Source: Vicugna vicugna (Eukaryota). From it: 64,000 bases of DNA. This document shows, in pieces, positions 37,232 through 49,690 of the stretch. Below the pieces are notes generated by a model. That model saw only the letters and a list, made by a program, of their open reading frames with translations, was not told where the DNA came from and did not search any database. The translations under genes were made by a program, and so were the position numbers. Numbering within the stretch: position 1 is the stretch's first letter; every line of letters begins with the position of its first letter. The stretch lies in the NCBI GenBank assembly GCA_013265495.1, contig MU058009.1, forward strand, positions 3,739,780 to 3,803,779, written 5' to 3'.

Positions 37232-38329
37232 TTCCAGCAGTGGCCAAGGCTGACTGCGGGAGAAGCCCCGCTCAGGTGGGGCCCCGCACACCCGGCCGCA
37301 GTTCCGGGCTATCCCTGTTCAACCTGTATGTGGGTTGCTAACAAGGATGCTCTGTCTCTTCCCCGGGCAACAAAGAGCACCAAGCAATTCCACTCTCCCC
37401 AGCGGGCCAGCCTCCTAGGCGCCGGGCAGCCTTGTCGGGGACTTCTCCCACCCCAGCTGGTGGCTTATCACAAAGGAGAGGCCGTGGCACGGGAGACCGC
37501 GTGGTTCTGCCTAATTCCGCCTCCAGATGCACCTGTATCATCCGTTCCATCTTATCCCTTCACCACCCTGGAGTTAAATCCGCCCATTTGCAGCCTCCTC
37601 CTCCCGCACTTCCATCACGATCATCTAAATTAAAATCTGTTATCGGTTTCCGGGTAATCCCCTCTGATGCCCCGAGTGTGGCAGGATCTGTTTTGCTCAA
37701 GCCTAGCGTGTAAGGGCTGATAGCTTTTGGGCAGCCGAAACGGCTTTGTGTGTCTCACACAAATGTCCGCCTTGCCTGCACACAGCCAGGACCCGGCAGG
37801 AAAGACTCGCTCGTGGCTGGAAGTTTCATGAACCCGTGCCTTTGCGGACAGCTCAGGGGCTCCTCGCTGGGGTCTGTTCACTTCCGCAGATCGGGGAATC
37901 CAGCCCCGCGTCTGTCTGTTTGCGTCATAACGATCTTACTCCACTGGCTTATCCAGATGGCTGCTGTGGCCACGTTACAAATTTGACATTTGTGGTGAGC
38001 GAGCGGTACCTTGTCCCGGGCCACTCAGGCCCAGTCATGACGTGACCCGTCTTTTCAGTGTTGCTGTTTTCCTGTTTCTGCCTTCCCCTGCTGATGGCTT
38101 TTCCCTCCCGCGGGAGGAGAGGTGCCTAGTGTGTACAGTGGAAAGAGGATACGTTTGGGGTTAGCAGGCCTTGTTTAAACTCTGCCCGTAATGATGCTCG
38201 GTGCAAAATTCTGAACAAGGCACCTGAGCGCTCTGAACTCAGCCTCGCGGCCTGCAAAGCAGAGACCCCGACGCTCCCGGAGCGCTCGTCGCAGGACAGC
38301 AGGGCTGACGACTGCCGAGCGTACTTGTT

Positions 38330-38466
38330 TATTGTCTTTCTCCCGACACGCACTGTAATCCAGCCCACAGCCCTCTAGAGGGCAGGGGGTGATGGTCCTG
38401 CCTCCCGTATTGGCCAAACCTAGCCCACATCTCTCGCCCCATAGACATTGTTGAGCGAGTGAATGA
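38330..38466 (+). mobile_element. L2 LINE 3' end fragment
   Basis: ttgtttattgtctttctccc...ctctagagggcaggg...acctagcccaca...acattgttgagcgagtgaatga. Confidence 0.6.
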
Positions 38467-40462
38467 GACGAAGGGATTGCAAAGTGCTCAGTGCTCAGGG
38501 TGACTTAGCAGGTAGTGGTAAAAATAATTACTCCTTCCACCAGTGGGAATGTTTCTCAGATTCTGTCTACAGATGGGCAGATTTGAAAAATCTCAGTTGA
38601 GGGGAAAGCGCCTTCTCTCTGAGCCTTCTCTGGGCGAGTGTCGCCCCGTTTCTCACAAGTGATGGGGCTGAGACTCTGCTGCCTCCTGCCCTGGGACCAG
38701 TGGCTGAGCGGGTGCTCAGGTCTCCCGGCCTGCGCCTGGCACATCCCCAGGAACCCCGTGTGCCCCACACCCCGCCTCTGCAGCCTGCCAGTCGTCCCCC
38801 GCTCTTTCCTCTTTCTCTCTCTCCTCCTGCCTTGCTTCTGAAGTCTCCTCTGACACCACCTGGTGGAAGTGCTTCATTTATTCAAGAAGAGAACATTTTC
38901 AGAGACACCCGGGTTCAGCAAAGTCCCACAAAGTTGGTGGCCAGATCACGACTGGATGAGACCTCAAATATCAAAGTTTTAATCCTGATCTTTGTGGCCC
39001 TCCTGTGTTTGTGCAGGATGGTACCTGATAATCTCAGTCAAAATAATGTAGAACTGTGTGTTTTCTTAAACCATATTTATCAAAATGAATCTCTGTTCAG
39101 GCCCAATAGTTAAAATCGAGGAAAGCAGATGCACTCGGGTCAGGGTGTGGACAGGAAGCACACCGTCTCAGCTGAGCCTCGGGCGGCTGGCCCGTGCCAG
39201 GGGTCGGGGTCTCCAGGCTGCGCTGCTCGATGCTGGCCGTGGTGCGGAGCGGCTGCGTGCTGCTCCCGGGGTCGGGCTGGGGCTGCCTTCCTGGCGTTGG
39301 TCTGTCTGGTCCATCTGGGGGCGTGGGTCTGGGCTGCTTGGCACGAGGGCCATTCACAGTTGTTGCGCCTGGCTCAGTCATCGGGGTGGTGTGCGGTGAC
39401 GGCCGGAGCGCTGTTATTAAAATCATTAAGCCCAACAGGACCGAGTCTGCGAGAACACGCGCAGGAAAGCCCCTGCCCACACTTGGTAATGGAAGCTCTG
39501 ACCTGAGCCTCCTCCGTCTCTGGCTTCAATCTCCTCTGCGTCTGCTTTCACGCTGTGTGGCTCCCTGGCTGTGGCTCAGCCTCTGACTTAATCCAGAGGA
39601 GATCGAAGGCTCCTTGACGGGACGGCGAGGTGCTGCAGAAGCAGGCTGGGGTTTGCACCTGCGCGGGATTTATTTCTTGGCTGATTTTTCTTTTTTCCTG
39701 CAAGAATAACCAGTCTAGTCCCTGGGTCTGGCACTTAACAGATCCTTATTTACTAGCAGAGTAAATAAAGACTCTCCTTTCTTCGCTCCTCCCTGACAGC
39801 CAAAACCTGCTTCCTCCTTCAGCCTTCTCCGCAGCCCCTGGTTCACTTCATATAAATGCTAATTAGGGCGTGGGTTTAAGGTCACTATTCTCTCTCAGGG
39901 AGAAGGCACCAAAGATAGGCTTTGCTCTCCCCTAGGCCGGTGGGTTTCAGGACGCCTGTGCCCCTCCTGCCGCCATCCCTTCATCTAGCAAAGGCGCTGG
40001 GAGCCTCTGCCCTTGGGGACAGGCGGGAGGAACGTGTTCCTTTGTCTCAGACATTGGCGCGCTTCTGGCATGATCACCCCCACAGCATCTCAGCCTCGCA
40101 GCATCTTGCGGAAAACAAACACGTAGAAGTGCAAATTACTCCATCTTTTCACAGCGGGTAGTCCCAAACAGGACACTTACCGATGGCACCAAAAACGGTC
40201 GTTAAACTGTCCAACAATAAACAGGGAAACTGAGAGAGAACAGAAGCCTGGGGCAAGCAACCCAGCAAGACTGGGAATGAGTGAGGGTGCAGCGGAGGGA
40301 GTGCCCCGTGCTGGGGGGACGCGGCCACGCCCATCACCGGCTGTCAGGTTTCAACCACTATGGGAGCCCCAGCCCTTTCCCCCCCAGGCAACTGTGAGCC
40401 AGAAGAGGAAGAAAGGAATTCATGAAAACCTTGTCCTCCCCACGCCCCCACCCTTTCCCTTT

Positions 40463-40668
40463 CAGGAGTTTGGGATTAGCAGGTACAAACTAATAAATAT
40501 CAAATAGAGAAACAACAAGGTTCTCCTGGACAGCACGGGGAACTACGTTCAATGTCTTGTAATAACATATAATGAAAAAGAATATATATGTGTATAACTG
40601 AATCACTACGCTGTACACCAGAAACTAACACATCATCATAAATCGACTATACGTCAATTAAGAAAAAA
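40463..40668 (+). mobile_element. L1 3' UTR fragment (cetartiodactyl type)
   Basis: ggagtttgggattagcaggtacaaacta...aacaacaagg..ct..acagcacggggaacta...actgaatcact..gctgtacaccagaaactaacac...aattaagaaaaaa. Confidence 0.85.
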
Positions 40669-40709
40669 CCTTCTCTTTAGGGCTTTTATCAGGGTTTTGG
40701 CCCACAGAA

Positions 40710-41350
40710 TTCATTAGCAAGCAAGTATGGAGTTCCTCTCAGACATAGAACAGTTGCCCAAGTGTGGAGAAGACCCAGGCTGGTCTACAAGAAGCCCGCT
40801 GTGCGAGGAGCCCAGCCGCCAGGGCGAGGACAGCTTGCTTTCACGCAAGGCTGCACGCCGGGCGGATGAGCAGAGCAGAAGGCAGCGGGGTGGGAGTTTC
40901 AGGAAGGCAGGGCTCTGGGGGGGCCGAGAGAGAGCTCTGAGAGCAGTCGGATGGGAAGGCGGGAAGCACGAGTGGGCACACTTACGGGGTTGGTGGGGTG
41001 TCGGGCAGGGGCCAGGCCACACCAGGGACTGAGGACATCCTGCACAGAGGCAGTGGCGAGAGCTCTTGGGTTGGTGCAAGTGACAAGTTCGTAGCGATAC
41101 ACTCTGGAGTGAATGCTGAGGGTCATCTGTGCCAGGCTGGGGAGTTCAGACTTCATCTTGACATCAGCGGGAAGATGCTGGAAGGTTTTTGGAGCAGAAA
41201 AATGAAATGATGAAAGTGGCATTTGAGAAAAATTGATCCAGTCAGAGCATGCCGAATCGATTGGATTGGAGGCAGGAGAGGTGGCCGGACGACTTGGGGT
41301 CCCGATGCAGGTGACGTGTAGAGGGGGGAAGGAAACCTGGACTGAGGTGG
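40710..41350 (-). mobile_element. L2 LINE fragment
   Basis: gccaggctggggagttcagacttcatc...ctggaaggtttttggagcag...catttgagaaaaattga...ggaggcaggagag...cctggactgaggtggtg; the left part is less certain. Confidence 0.65.
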
Positions 41351-42129
41351 TGCGAAGGAAAGGGGGGCAGAAGGGAGCGTCTCTGCGTTAGCCACTGAGT
41401 GTGTGACTCAGGGCAAGGGTCACCATAAGCTGAGCTCTGCACCTCTTCAGGTGGAAACATGAACAGAAAAATGTTAGTCAGGTGCAGAAGCTGGCTTTAG
41501 GAAGGTGATGAACTTGGCTTTACTTAAATATGCTAATTCCCGGGTAATAGCCAGACATCCCAGCACAGGTAGGGGGAGAAACTCAATTAAAAATTTAACT
41601 TCCGATGGCACCTTGGTTCTGTGCAGAACCAAGGCCTGGTTCCTGCACGTGTGACAGCGTTTCATAATCACAAGCTACCCTCAGCGTGTGCACACGAATC
41701 TGATCATCACAGGGGACATGCTTCTGCTCCTCTGTGAGAGGTCACATTGCTCTGGGACCGAGAGAACAATTGATCAAAGAGGAATCCACTAATACAAGGA
41801 AGGACAACAAAAGCAAGGATGAAAACAAAAGGTTTTCAATTCAGGGGGAGCTGAGGACCTAAAGACACTCTCTGGTCCTTCAGGAGGAGCAAGGGACCGG
41901 GGCTAGGAGCAGGAGGGGACGAAGGAGAGCAGCGATGCTTTAGGAAGGAGGGCAGGGCTGGAGCTGACCTGGAGTTGGATGATGGAACAGAAGTTGCCAA
42001 TGAAACACACTAAAATATGTCAACTGAGACTTGCCCCACATAGAGCTAGAATTGTCTGTGTGTCTGTGTTTGTGAACGTACACTTCTGAAGATAGTCCAA
42101 AAGTAGATTCCAAAGACTGATAGCTAGTC

Positions 42130-42631
42130 GGGGTAGCCAGCCTTGGAGGTGAGCCCCAGGGACCCTCACCTCCTGGAATGCATAGTCTCTTTCCCCAGGG
42201 AATCGGGGCCAGCCCTCTGTGACAAACAGAATATGCAGAAATGGATGGGATGTGACTTCAGAGCTTGGTCATAAAAACCATGGCCTTTTTTAACCTTGAT
42301 CTCGTGTATCACTTGCTTGGGGGAAAGCCATCCCCCATGCCCAAAACACATCCAACACACCCCCGGTCAACAAGCAGTCCCAACATGGCAGCCACGTGAG
42401 GGACCCGCCTTGGAAGTGGGTCCTCCAGCCCCAGCCAAGCCTGCGGGTGACGTCAGCCCCGTCCCTCAGGCTTCAGCCTCTTCCTGAGGAACACTGAACC
42501 AGAGCTTCCTGGCAAAGCTGCTCCTGAATTCACTCCTGACCCACAGGCACTGAGAGATCATAAAGGATTCTTGTAATTGAAGCCACCAAGACTTGGGCTG
42601 ATTCGTTATGCAGCAATAGATAGCTAATACA
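42130..42631 (+). mobile_element. MaLR LTR (MLT1F-like)
   Basis: cagaatatgcagaaatggatgggatgtgacttc...ttggaagtgggtcctccagccccagccaagcct...tcctgacccacag; canonical MLT end ttatgcagcaatagatagctaataca. Confidence 0.88.
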
Positions 42632-44299
42632 TCAGAGTCATACAAAATGTGTGGGAACTGTCTAGAGTGTTTGTCTCAGTGTTGGATGTGAAAAATACTT
42701 TGGCTGTTGTAATGCCTCACCAAGCTATTGAAATGCATGCATAACTGTTTCCAGCCTGAAGTCTGTCCAAGAACGTGCAGATTCACGGAGGGGAGCAGAG
42801 CTCAGGAAGAGAATCAGACGCGTGCTAGAGAGCGAACCCGGGCTGGGTGGGTTGGGCTGAGTCGCGGCTGCAGACGGTTCCAGATGAGGCACTTTGCATT
42901 GTCACCTCCCACGTTTATCAAAGGCTGAACTTCCCACAACAGCGCAGGGCGGGAGACACCTCCGTGGCTCAGCCTGAAGAGATGGAACTCAAGTTTATCC
43001 AGCCACGCCGGGGGAAGGAGAGCCGCAGACTCCATGGACACAGCAGTGTCTTCTCTTGGCCCAGGACAGAGGGGCAGGAGGCTCAGCCCTTCCCTGCCAT
43101 GTCCTCCGTGGCCTGGCCGTCACCCCCTCCCCTGGCCTCTACTGCAGGAGTGTTTAGTGGGTGAAATGAATCATACCTGATGTCCTTTCTCTAAGTTGAA
43201 GCTGGCATCCTTGGGACCAGGCCCACCTGCGGACACAGAGCCTCAGGGGACCTCTGGCTCTGTCCCTCCCCAGGTGATCGGTCTTCATTCAGGCTTCTGT
43301 CTGCAACTCCCGCTTCCCTCCCAGACTTTGCTTTTCCATCTGGCCCACTTCTTGCTGGAAGTCTCTCACCTGGGGGCCGCCATCAGCCCACACACCTGGG
43401 CCCTGTCCTGCACCTGAAGCTCAGGGCCACCCCTACAAGCAGACCCCTGATGGCCTCACTCACCACACCACAGACCGTGGACACAAGCCAGTGCCTAGTC
43501 ACACTGATGGAGCACAGTGGATACAAGGGGCGTGGACCCCCGCCTGCCCGAGGGGAGAGCGGCCTGGAGGAAGGGCCTGGAGTTGTGGCCAGGGAGCTGG
43601 AAGCCATCCTCCGAGGCCAGCGCTGGCCTGGAGCCCTTCCACGGGACTTGGCCCTGTTTCCCAGGCCAGCTCAGGGTGACTTTCCACTGGACGGTCACTG
43701 CTTTGTCAGAGCTTGTTTCAAGGCCCCTGGGTTATAAACCTGCCCCGTCTGCCCCAGGTCTCAGGACAAAAAGCTCTGGAAGCCGCAGAGCGTCCACCGT
43801 GATGTGCAGTCGGGGAGCACGCTCGGATGTGCACCTGCTTGCTGGGAAGTGAGACGCTGGAGCCCCTCCCATCGTCCGACTGGGTCTCCCGGCTCCGCCT
43901 GCTCCCTCCCAGCTCCTCCCCGTGGGTCTGCCTCCCGGGCCACGCCCTGGTTGCCCCCGGCCTCCCTCACCCCTAAACTTTGTGGAGTGGCGGGGCAGGA
44001 GGTCCTCCAGCCAAAGGCGGCGTTTTCACCTTGGCCCCCCTCTCTGTCCCAGGGCTGGCGAGCAGATTCGGCTCTGGCCCCAGCAGGGACCTGGCAGCAC
44101 GTGGGGTGGCTGAGCCCGTGGGCGGGGGACTCAGGGTCCGAGCAGACCGGGTCCAGGTCCTGGCTCTTCAGAACCGACTCCCTCTGGGAACTGGGTGGAC
44201 TCACTGAGACTCTCCCAGCCTCAGTTTCCTCTTCAGCAAAGCGGGGATGACGACGACGATGGTGTTTCACAGGGTGAGGAGGGGGCCCACAGGAGGCTC

Positions 44300-44970
44300 C
44301 CGGTGAAGGTGGCCCCAGCTGTGGACGCGACGCCTGGCGCCGGCTCCTGGGCGCTCACAGCAGCCGGGAAGCCGGGTCCCGTCCCAGGCGCAGCCCTTGG
44401 GCACCAGCGCGGCGTGAGCCTGTGTGTCCCAGGGGCTCACGGGGTGACTGCTGAATCAGCTGACGGGCACACAGCCCAGCACCTGGCAGGTGAATGCGGT
44501 GGGGCCCCTGCTGCCTTTGGCGGTGACCGCGGGCAGGGCTGCGTGTTCCCGCGCAGCCCCACGGGTGCCAGCCGCGTCCCCAGCTCCGGTCGCCACGAGG
44601 CGCCACGAGGCTGGCACTTGGATGAGCACATTCAGTCAGCAAACTGGCCTTTCTTCATTTTCTTGCTCAGCCTTCAGTGGCACCCACACAGCAAGCTACC
44701 GGTGCCCCTGGCTGCTCCTGACGGCCCCCCTGCTTCGGGCCTCACAGAGCCTGTTTCCTCCGGGGGCGCAGCTCGTCTGCAAGGAACGACTGCCTGCGCT
44801 GCCCAGGAGGACGGGGCGCGCGACGGACGGCGTCCGGGTGCGGCTCCCGAGCCCGCGCGGACGGGGTGCCGGCGCCCACCCCCGCCACCTCCTCTCCTGT
44901 GCGCGGCCCCCGCGCCCCCTTCTCCTCCTCCGACCCCAGCAGCGTCTGGAGGCAGACCCCCGCTGTGCAG
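44300..44970. promoter_or_regulatory. CpG-island-like segment
   Basis: About 29 CpG counted by eye in 44761-44965; very high GC; no repeat recognised. Confidence 0.55.
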
Positions 44971-47610
44971 GAGCGGGGTTTGGGAGTTACAGGACAGAGG
45001 AAAAAGAAATATTTCTCAACTGTAGGGACTAGGAAACGACCTCCGACCCAGGGCAGGGGAGAGCCAGGCCGTCACAAAACAGAGAAGGCGATTGGACAAT
45101 GAGGTGAGAGTCACCACTGCCAGTTCTCTGAGCGTTACTCCTGGGCTCAGAGGGATCTGTCACTGGCGCGGGAGAATGTGTGCAAGGAGCTGGGAATGGT
45201 TCAGTAATGGCCTGGTGACCAGGAATGAGGCAGCAGGCGGCAGCTGTGCCAGGGACGTGGCTCCTGTTTCCAAGCCGAGATGGCAAGATCCGGAAACAGT
45301 CCTCGTCCCCAGCCCCGCTCCTCCGGCGGCTGAGCATCGCTCATAGGGAACGCGGAGAAACACTCAGATCGGGACGTGGTCTTAGAAACAGCCGGGTTGT
45401 AAATGTGTGTGTGTGAGTGTATGTGCTTCCCGACAGCTGTCTGAAGGAACGTGCCTTCCCTTCTGGACAGAGGCCTTCTCCCCTCTAGCATCTCTCTACT
45501 GTATGGCAAATGGGTTTTGATTCTGAAGCAAATTGACCTTGAAATAAGCTCCAAGATCTGAGCTCTTACATCACGGATGCTGGGTTTGGGCTGCAGTGTG
45601 CTCATTCAGCAGATACCGGCTTGGCCACGGGAATCTGGGGCAGGGGTTTGCATGGCCAGCTGCCAGCCCGATGAGGAAAGTTGGAGTCCTGCAGGCTAGG
45701 CTCGGGGCGCAGCAGACGTCCGGTGTTGGCTTGGTGCTCCTTTCTGATTGCATATGTGTGTGCGTGTGAGACTGAGGTTGTGCTTGTATTTGGAATTGTG
45801 CCGTGAGTGGTGGGGTGGGGACTGCAAGCGTCTAGGGAGGGTTACGTGGCTGTGAAACTGCTCACACCTCGGTCACATCACAGGGAAACTGCATCTGCTT
45901 TGTGAGAAGGATGTGAAAGGGTGTGTGTTGTGTGCACGTGGGCGAGCACGTGCGTGTGCCTAGGCAGGGCGAGTGTGAGCAGGGCCGGCGTGCACGGGAG
46001 GGCCTGCCTGAGCTCAGGGCACAGCTGTGTCCTCGGGGCTGCTGAGTGTCAGACGGCCCGGCGCCAGGTCTGATCTAAAGGTGGCTTCCCTTGCCTGAGC
46101 GCATCCAAGCGCTCGCTGTTGGTGAGCAGAGCTGGGAACACAGGGGCTCGTGTCCGCAGGGCTCACGTGCTCTCCTTCTGTTTTCAGCCTCCACGACAGG
46201 CTGTTGTCGAAACCAGGCTCTCTCCCCAGGGATTTTTGTTGTTGAGGCTGAAGCAATGAATCGGATCCCTGCAAAGACAGGCAGATGCCTTTTCTAGGTG
46301 GTGGGGTGAATCCAGACCAGAAGGCCAGTGGGGAAGGAGGGAGCACAGACCCACCCACCGTGCCGTCTGACCTTGGGCGGGAGTGATGGAGCGGTCTTGG
46401 GAGCAGCCGAGGGCTGTCAGCTCAGCCCCTCTGGGCCAGCGCCAGGCTTCTCTGACGCGGCCCCGTTCCAAGCTTTTGGGATGAGCTGGGCAGAGAGACA
46501 GGTAGGGACTTACTGCCAAAACAGCAATCCTAGAAGGGCCTGGGGCCGCTCACTTGCGTGCTGCTCACGTCTGTCCCAGGAAGGGAGGCCTTTGGGAGTG
46601 ATTCTTCTAGAAGCAGCAGTTAGGTATAACTCCGGTTGCAGCAGAAACTCAGCAGATCCAAGAGCTCAAAGCCCCCCAGAGGTCACTAAGCACGGCCTCT
46701 CTCCCTCAGCAGCCCTGTGCCTGCAGCCATGCCAGAACAACGGTGTTTCATTTATAATATTTCTCGGGAAGGATGTCTCACAGACTCCCTAATGCACTGG
46801 TACCAAAACAAAAGCCTCGCAGAGAAAGAACCAAATTTTCTCTGGACTCTAGCCAAAGGAGATGGATACAGATGTTTCAAAAGCAGTCAGTTAGTCAGCA
46901 AATGTGCCAATATACCTCTATTCTGTGCCCTCTGGTGACATGCTCTCCAAATTAAATTACCTTGATGTTGCTCGAGGCTCCTGTTTGACTCTGATTCATT
47001 CTGGTGGGAGCAGCATTTTCAGTTCAAAGCAGAGAGGTGGGCAGAAGTCTTCACTCCTGATAACATCACAATGCGGACCCTGTTTGGCCTCCTCGACGTT
47101 CAGAAGAGATGGAGAAACTGGGATTTTATTGTTAGTCACTCAACTTCATAGTCAGCTTGCATTTTAGCTAGTTCAGGTGTGAGTACCCAAAAGACAATAT
47201 GTTCTGGGACCAGAAGGCTTAGAACATCTTCCACACATGGATACAAAAGAATTTGTTCTAATGAGCTAGAAGTGATGTGCTCTGTACGGTTGCCCACGTG
47301 CATTACTCACCAATTATTTGTGCTGCCAGTTGCGAGATGGTCTTCGTAAGGAGGTGACAGCGAGGAGGAAGTAGAAGAAATAATTTTCTGGAATATTTTT
47401 AGAGCATATGAAGAGTGAATAGATAGGACAGAAATCTTGTGAATAAAAATACGCTGAGAACAAAAGAACTGATGCTAGGCTAAAGATGTATGCAAAAAAA
47501 TTTTTTTAAAAAAAGGGAAAGGAAGATTTTAGAGTGTTGTCCATGGAGGTAGGTAGAGCTTCTGAGATGCAGTTGCTCCAGATTAAATGAGCTCAAAAGA
47601 GAATGAATGG

Positions 47611-48185
47611 ATCCCAGCATTCACAGCAGCACTATGTACAACAGCCAAGACGTGGAAATAACCTAAATGTCCATCAACAGATGACCGGATAAAGAAGTGG
47701 TGATGTATTTACACAGTGGAGTACTACTCAGCCATAAAAAGGAATAAAACAATGCCTTTTGCAGAAACATGGATGGAAATCGTCATTCTAAGTGAAGTAA
47801 CCAAGAAAGAGAAAGAAAAATACCATATCACTTATACATGGAATCTAAAAAAGAAAAAGAAAAAAGAAGATACTAATGAACTCATCTACAAAGGTGGAAC
47901 AGACTCACAGACATAGTAAACAAACTTACGGTTACAGGTGGGAAGGGGGGTGGGAAGGGATAAATTGGGAGTTTGAGGTTTGTAAATATTAACTACTACA
48001 TATAAAATAGATAAAAAGACCAAATTTCTTCTGTGCAGCACAGGGAACTATATTCAGTATCTTGCAGTAACCTGTAATGAACAAGAATATGAAAACGAAC
48101 ATATGTGTGTATGTGCATGACTGAAGCACTGTGCTGTGCACCAGAAGTGGACACACTGTAGCTGACAGAACTTTAATAAAATAAG
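47611..48185 (+). mobile_element. 5'-truncated L1 (ORF2 C-terminus plus 3' UTR), camelid/cetartiodactyl type
   Basis: EYYSAIKRNKTMPFAETWMEIVILSEV in the ORF track; 3' UTR actaatgaactcatctacaaa...cagcacagggaactatattcagtatcttg...aataaaataa. Confidence 0.92.
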
Positions 48186-49059
48186 TGAGTAAGAAGAGAC
48201 ACACAGGCACGCCCCTCTGAGGATGAGGAGGGAAGTGCTTGGCAGTGATGGCTTATATCCTAACAAGGAAACGGAAGTGATTAAATGGAAACCTGATGCC
48301 ATCGCTTAAGAAGGTTCCTTTCTGCTTGGGCCACACAGTTACAGGGAGAGGTGGCCAGGAGCCACCAGTCCCATGGCTGCTCCCACCCTGGGTCTATATT
48401 AAAACACTTGACCCTGGCAGGAGGACCTGGAGGAGACGCACCTCCAGGGACAGTGAGGGCTTGGACCAGACACCACGGAGGGAGCCTGAATGACGTCTCC
48501 ATCCTTCCTAGCACTGAGGAGGTCAGGAATAAAATGCAGAAAAATAAAAAGTGGTCATGTGTTTAGTCCTGCAAAACAGCAGTTGGTCTCTGAAACTAGT
48601 TTATCAGACAAAAATGGTGGGTAAGGCAGTAAGTGGGCTGTACCCAGGGGAGGGGAGAAAGCACACACTTCGACAGTCAAGAGGGTCATCAAGCAAAACT
48701 TGTGGGAAAAGGAGGAAAAATGCCTGATGACACTGTCAGCCCAGATCCTGGGAGAACAGCCGGTGTGGTGCAGGAAGAGGTGTGGTAGGCAAGGTGTCTG
48801 GGAGGATAGCAGGGCTGAGTGTAGAAGTGACATCTCCACCTCACACGTCTGTGCACTGTAGCGCAGAATGCAGGTGCTGCATGCAGTGGTAGGAATGCCG
48901 CCCAAGGAGGGAAATGCTGTGGCTCTAAGTTCAGCCCCCTCAGGACTACTTGATGCGAAGTTTTCTTTGTCTATATTTTCTCTGATTTCTCAGCCACTTC
49001 CATGGCCCCAAGGATGTCCTTACGCGCTGTTAAAACCCTTTCAAAGTCCTCATCTTCTC

Positions 49060-49690
49060 TGAAATCCCCTGACTGGTCTTCCTGTTTTACTGTCTTGCCC
49101 ACCCCTCCCTCTTACTTACTAATCGCCAGGCCGAGTTATGCTTTTAGATCATAAATTGGATTCTGTCATTCCCTGCTGGTAATAGAATACCCAAGTGGCT
49201 TTTCATCTCGTGTGGAGCACAGCTCAGCTGCTGCAGCCCAGATCGCAAGGCTCTCACAGCCCAGCCCCAGGCTGATCCACAGCCTCCTGTCCCACCCTCG
49301 TCCTTCCTCGCTCAGCCCTGGTTGCGTGGGGCTTCCTGCTGTTCCCCTCAAGGATGCATCTGCCCCAGGGCCTTTGCATTTGCTGTTCCCTCTGCCTGGA
49401 ATGTCCTGGTCCCAGATGCTCGCAGGGCCGCTCAGGACCTGCATGCAAGTCTGTGCTCATGGCTTCTCTCCCAACATCGCACATCCTCCTCCGCCAGCCC
49501 TACTCCTTCTTCACCACTGACTTTAAATCACAAATTTATTTATTGCATATTAGCTCTCTCCTAGGGTAAGCTGTAGTGTCTGTCATGGCAGTGATTTTGT
49601 CTGTCGGTCCACTGGTAGATAGGTCCTCAGGGCCCAGGAGAGTAGCGGGCTCACAGTGGACGTTCAACATCTATCTGTGAAATGAACGAG
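49060..49690 (+). mobile_element. L2 LINE 3' region
   Basis: ccccagggcctttgcatttgctgttccctctgcctggaatg is near L2 consensus; terminus ttcaacatctatctgtgaaatgaacga. Confidence 0.85.

Noticed and set aside
44195..45025. 276-aa ORF over the CpG island
   Set aside because: Stop-codon depletion from extreme GC, begins in a MIR remnant, no domain.
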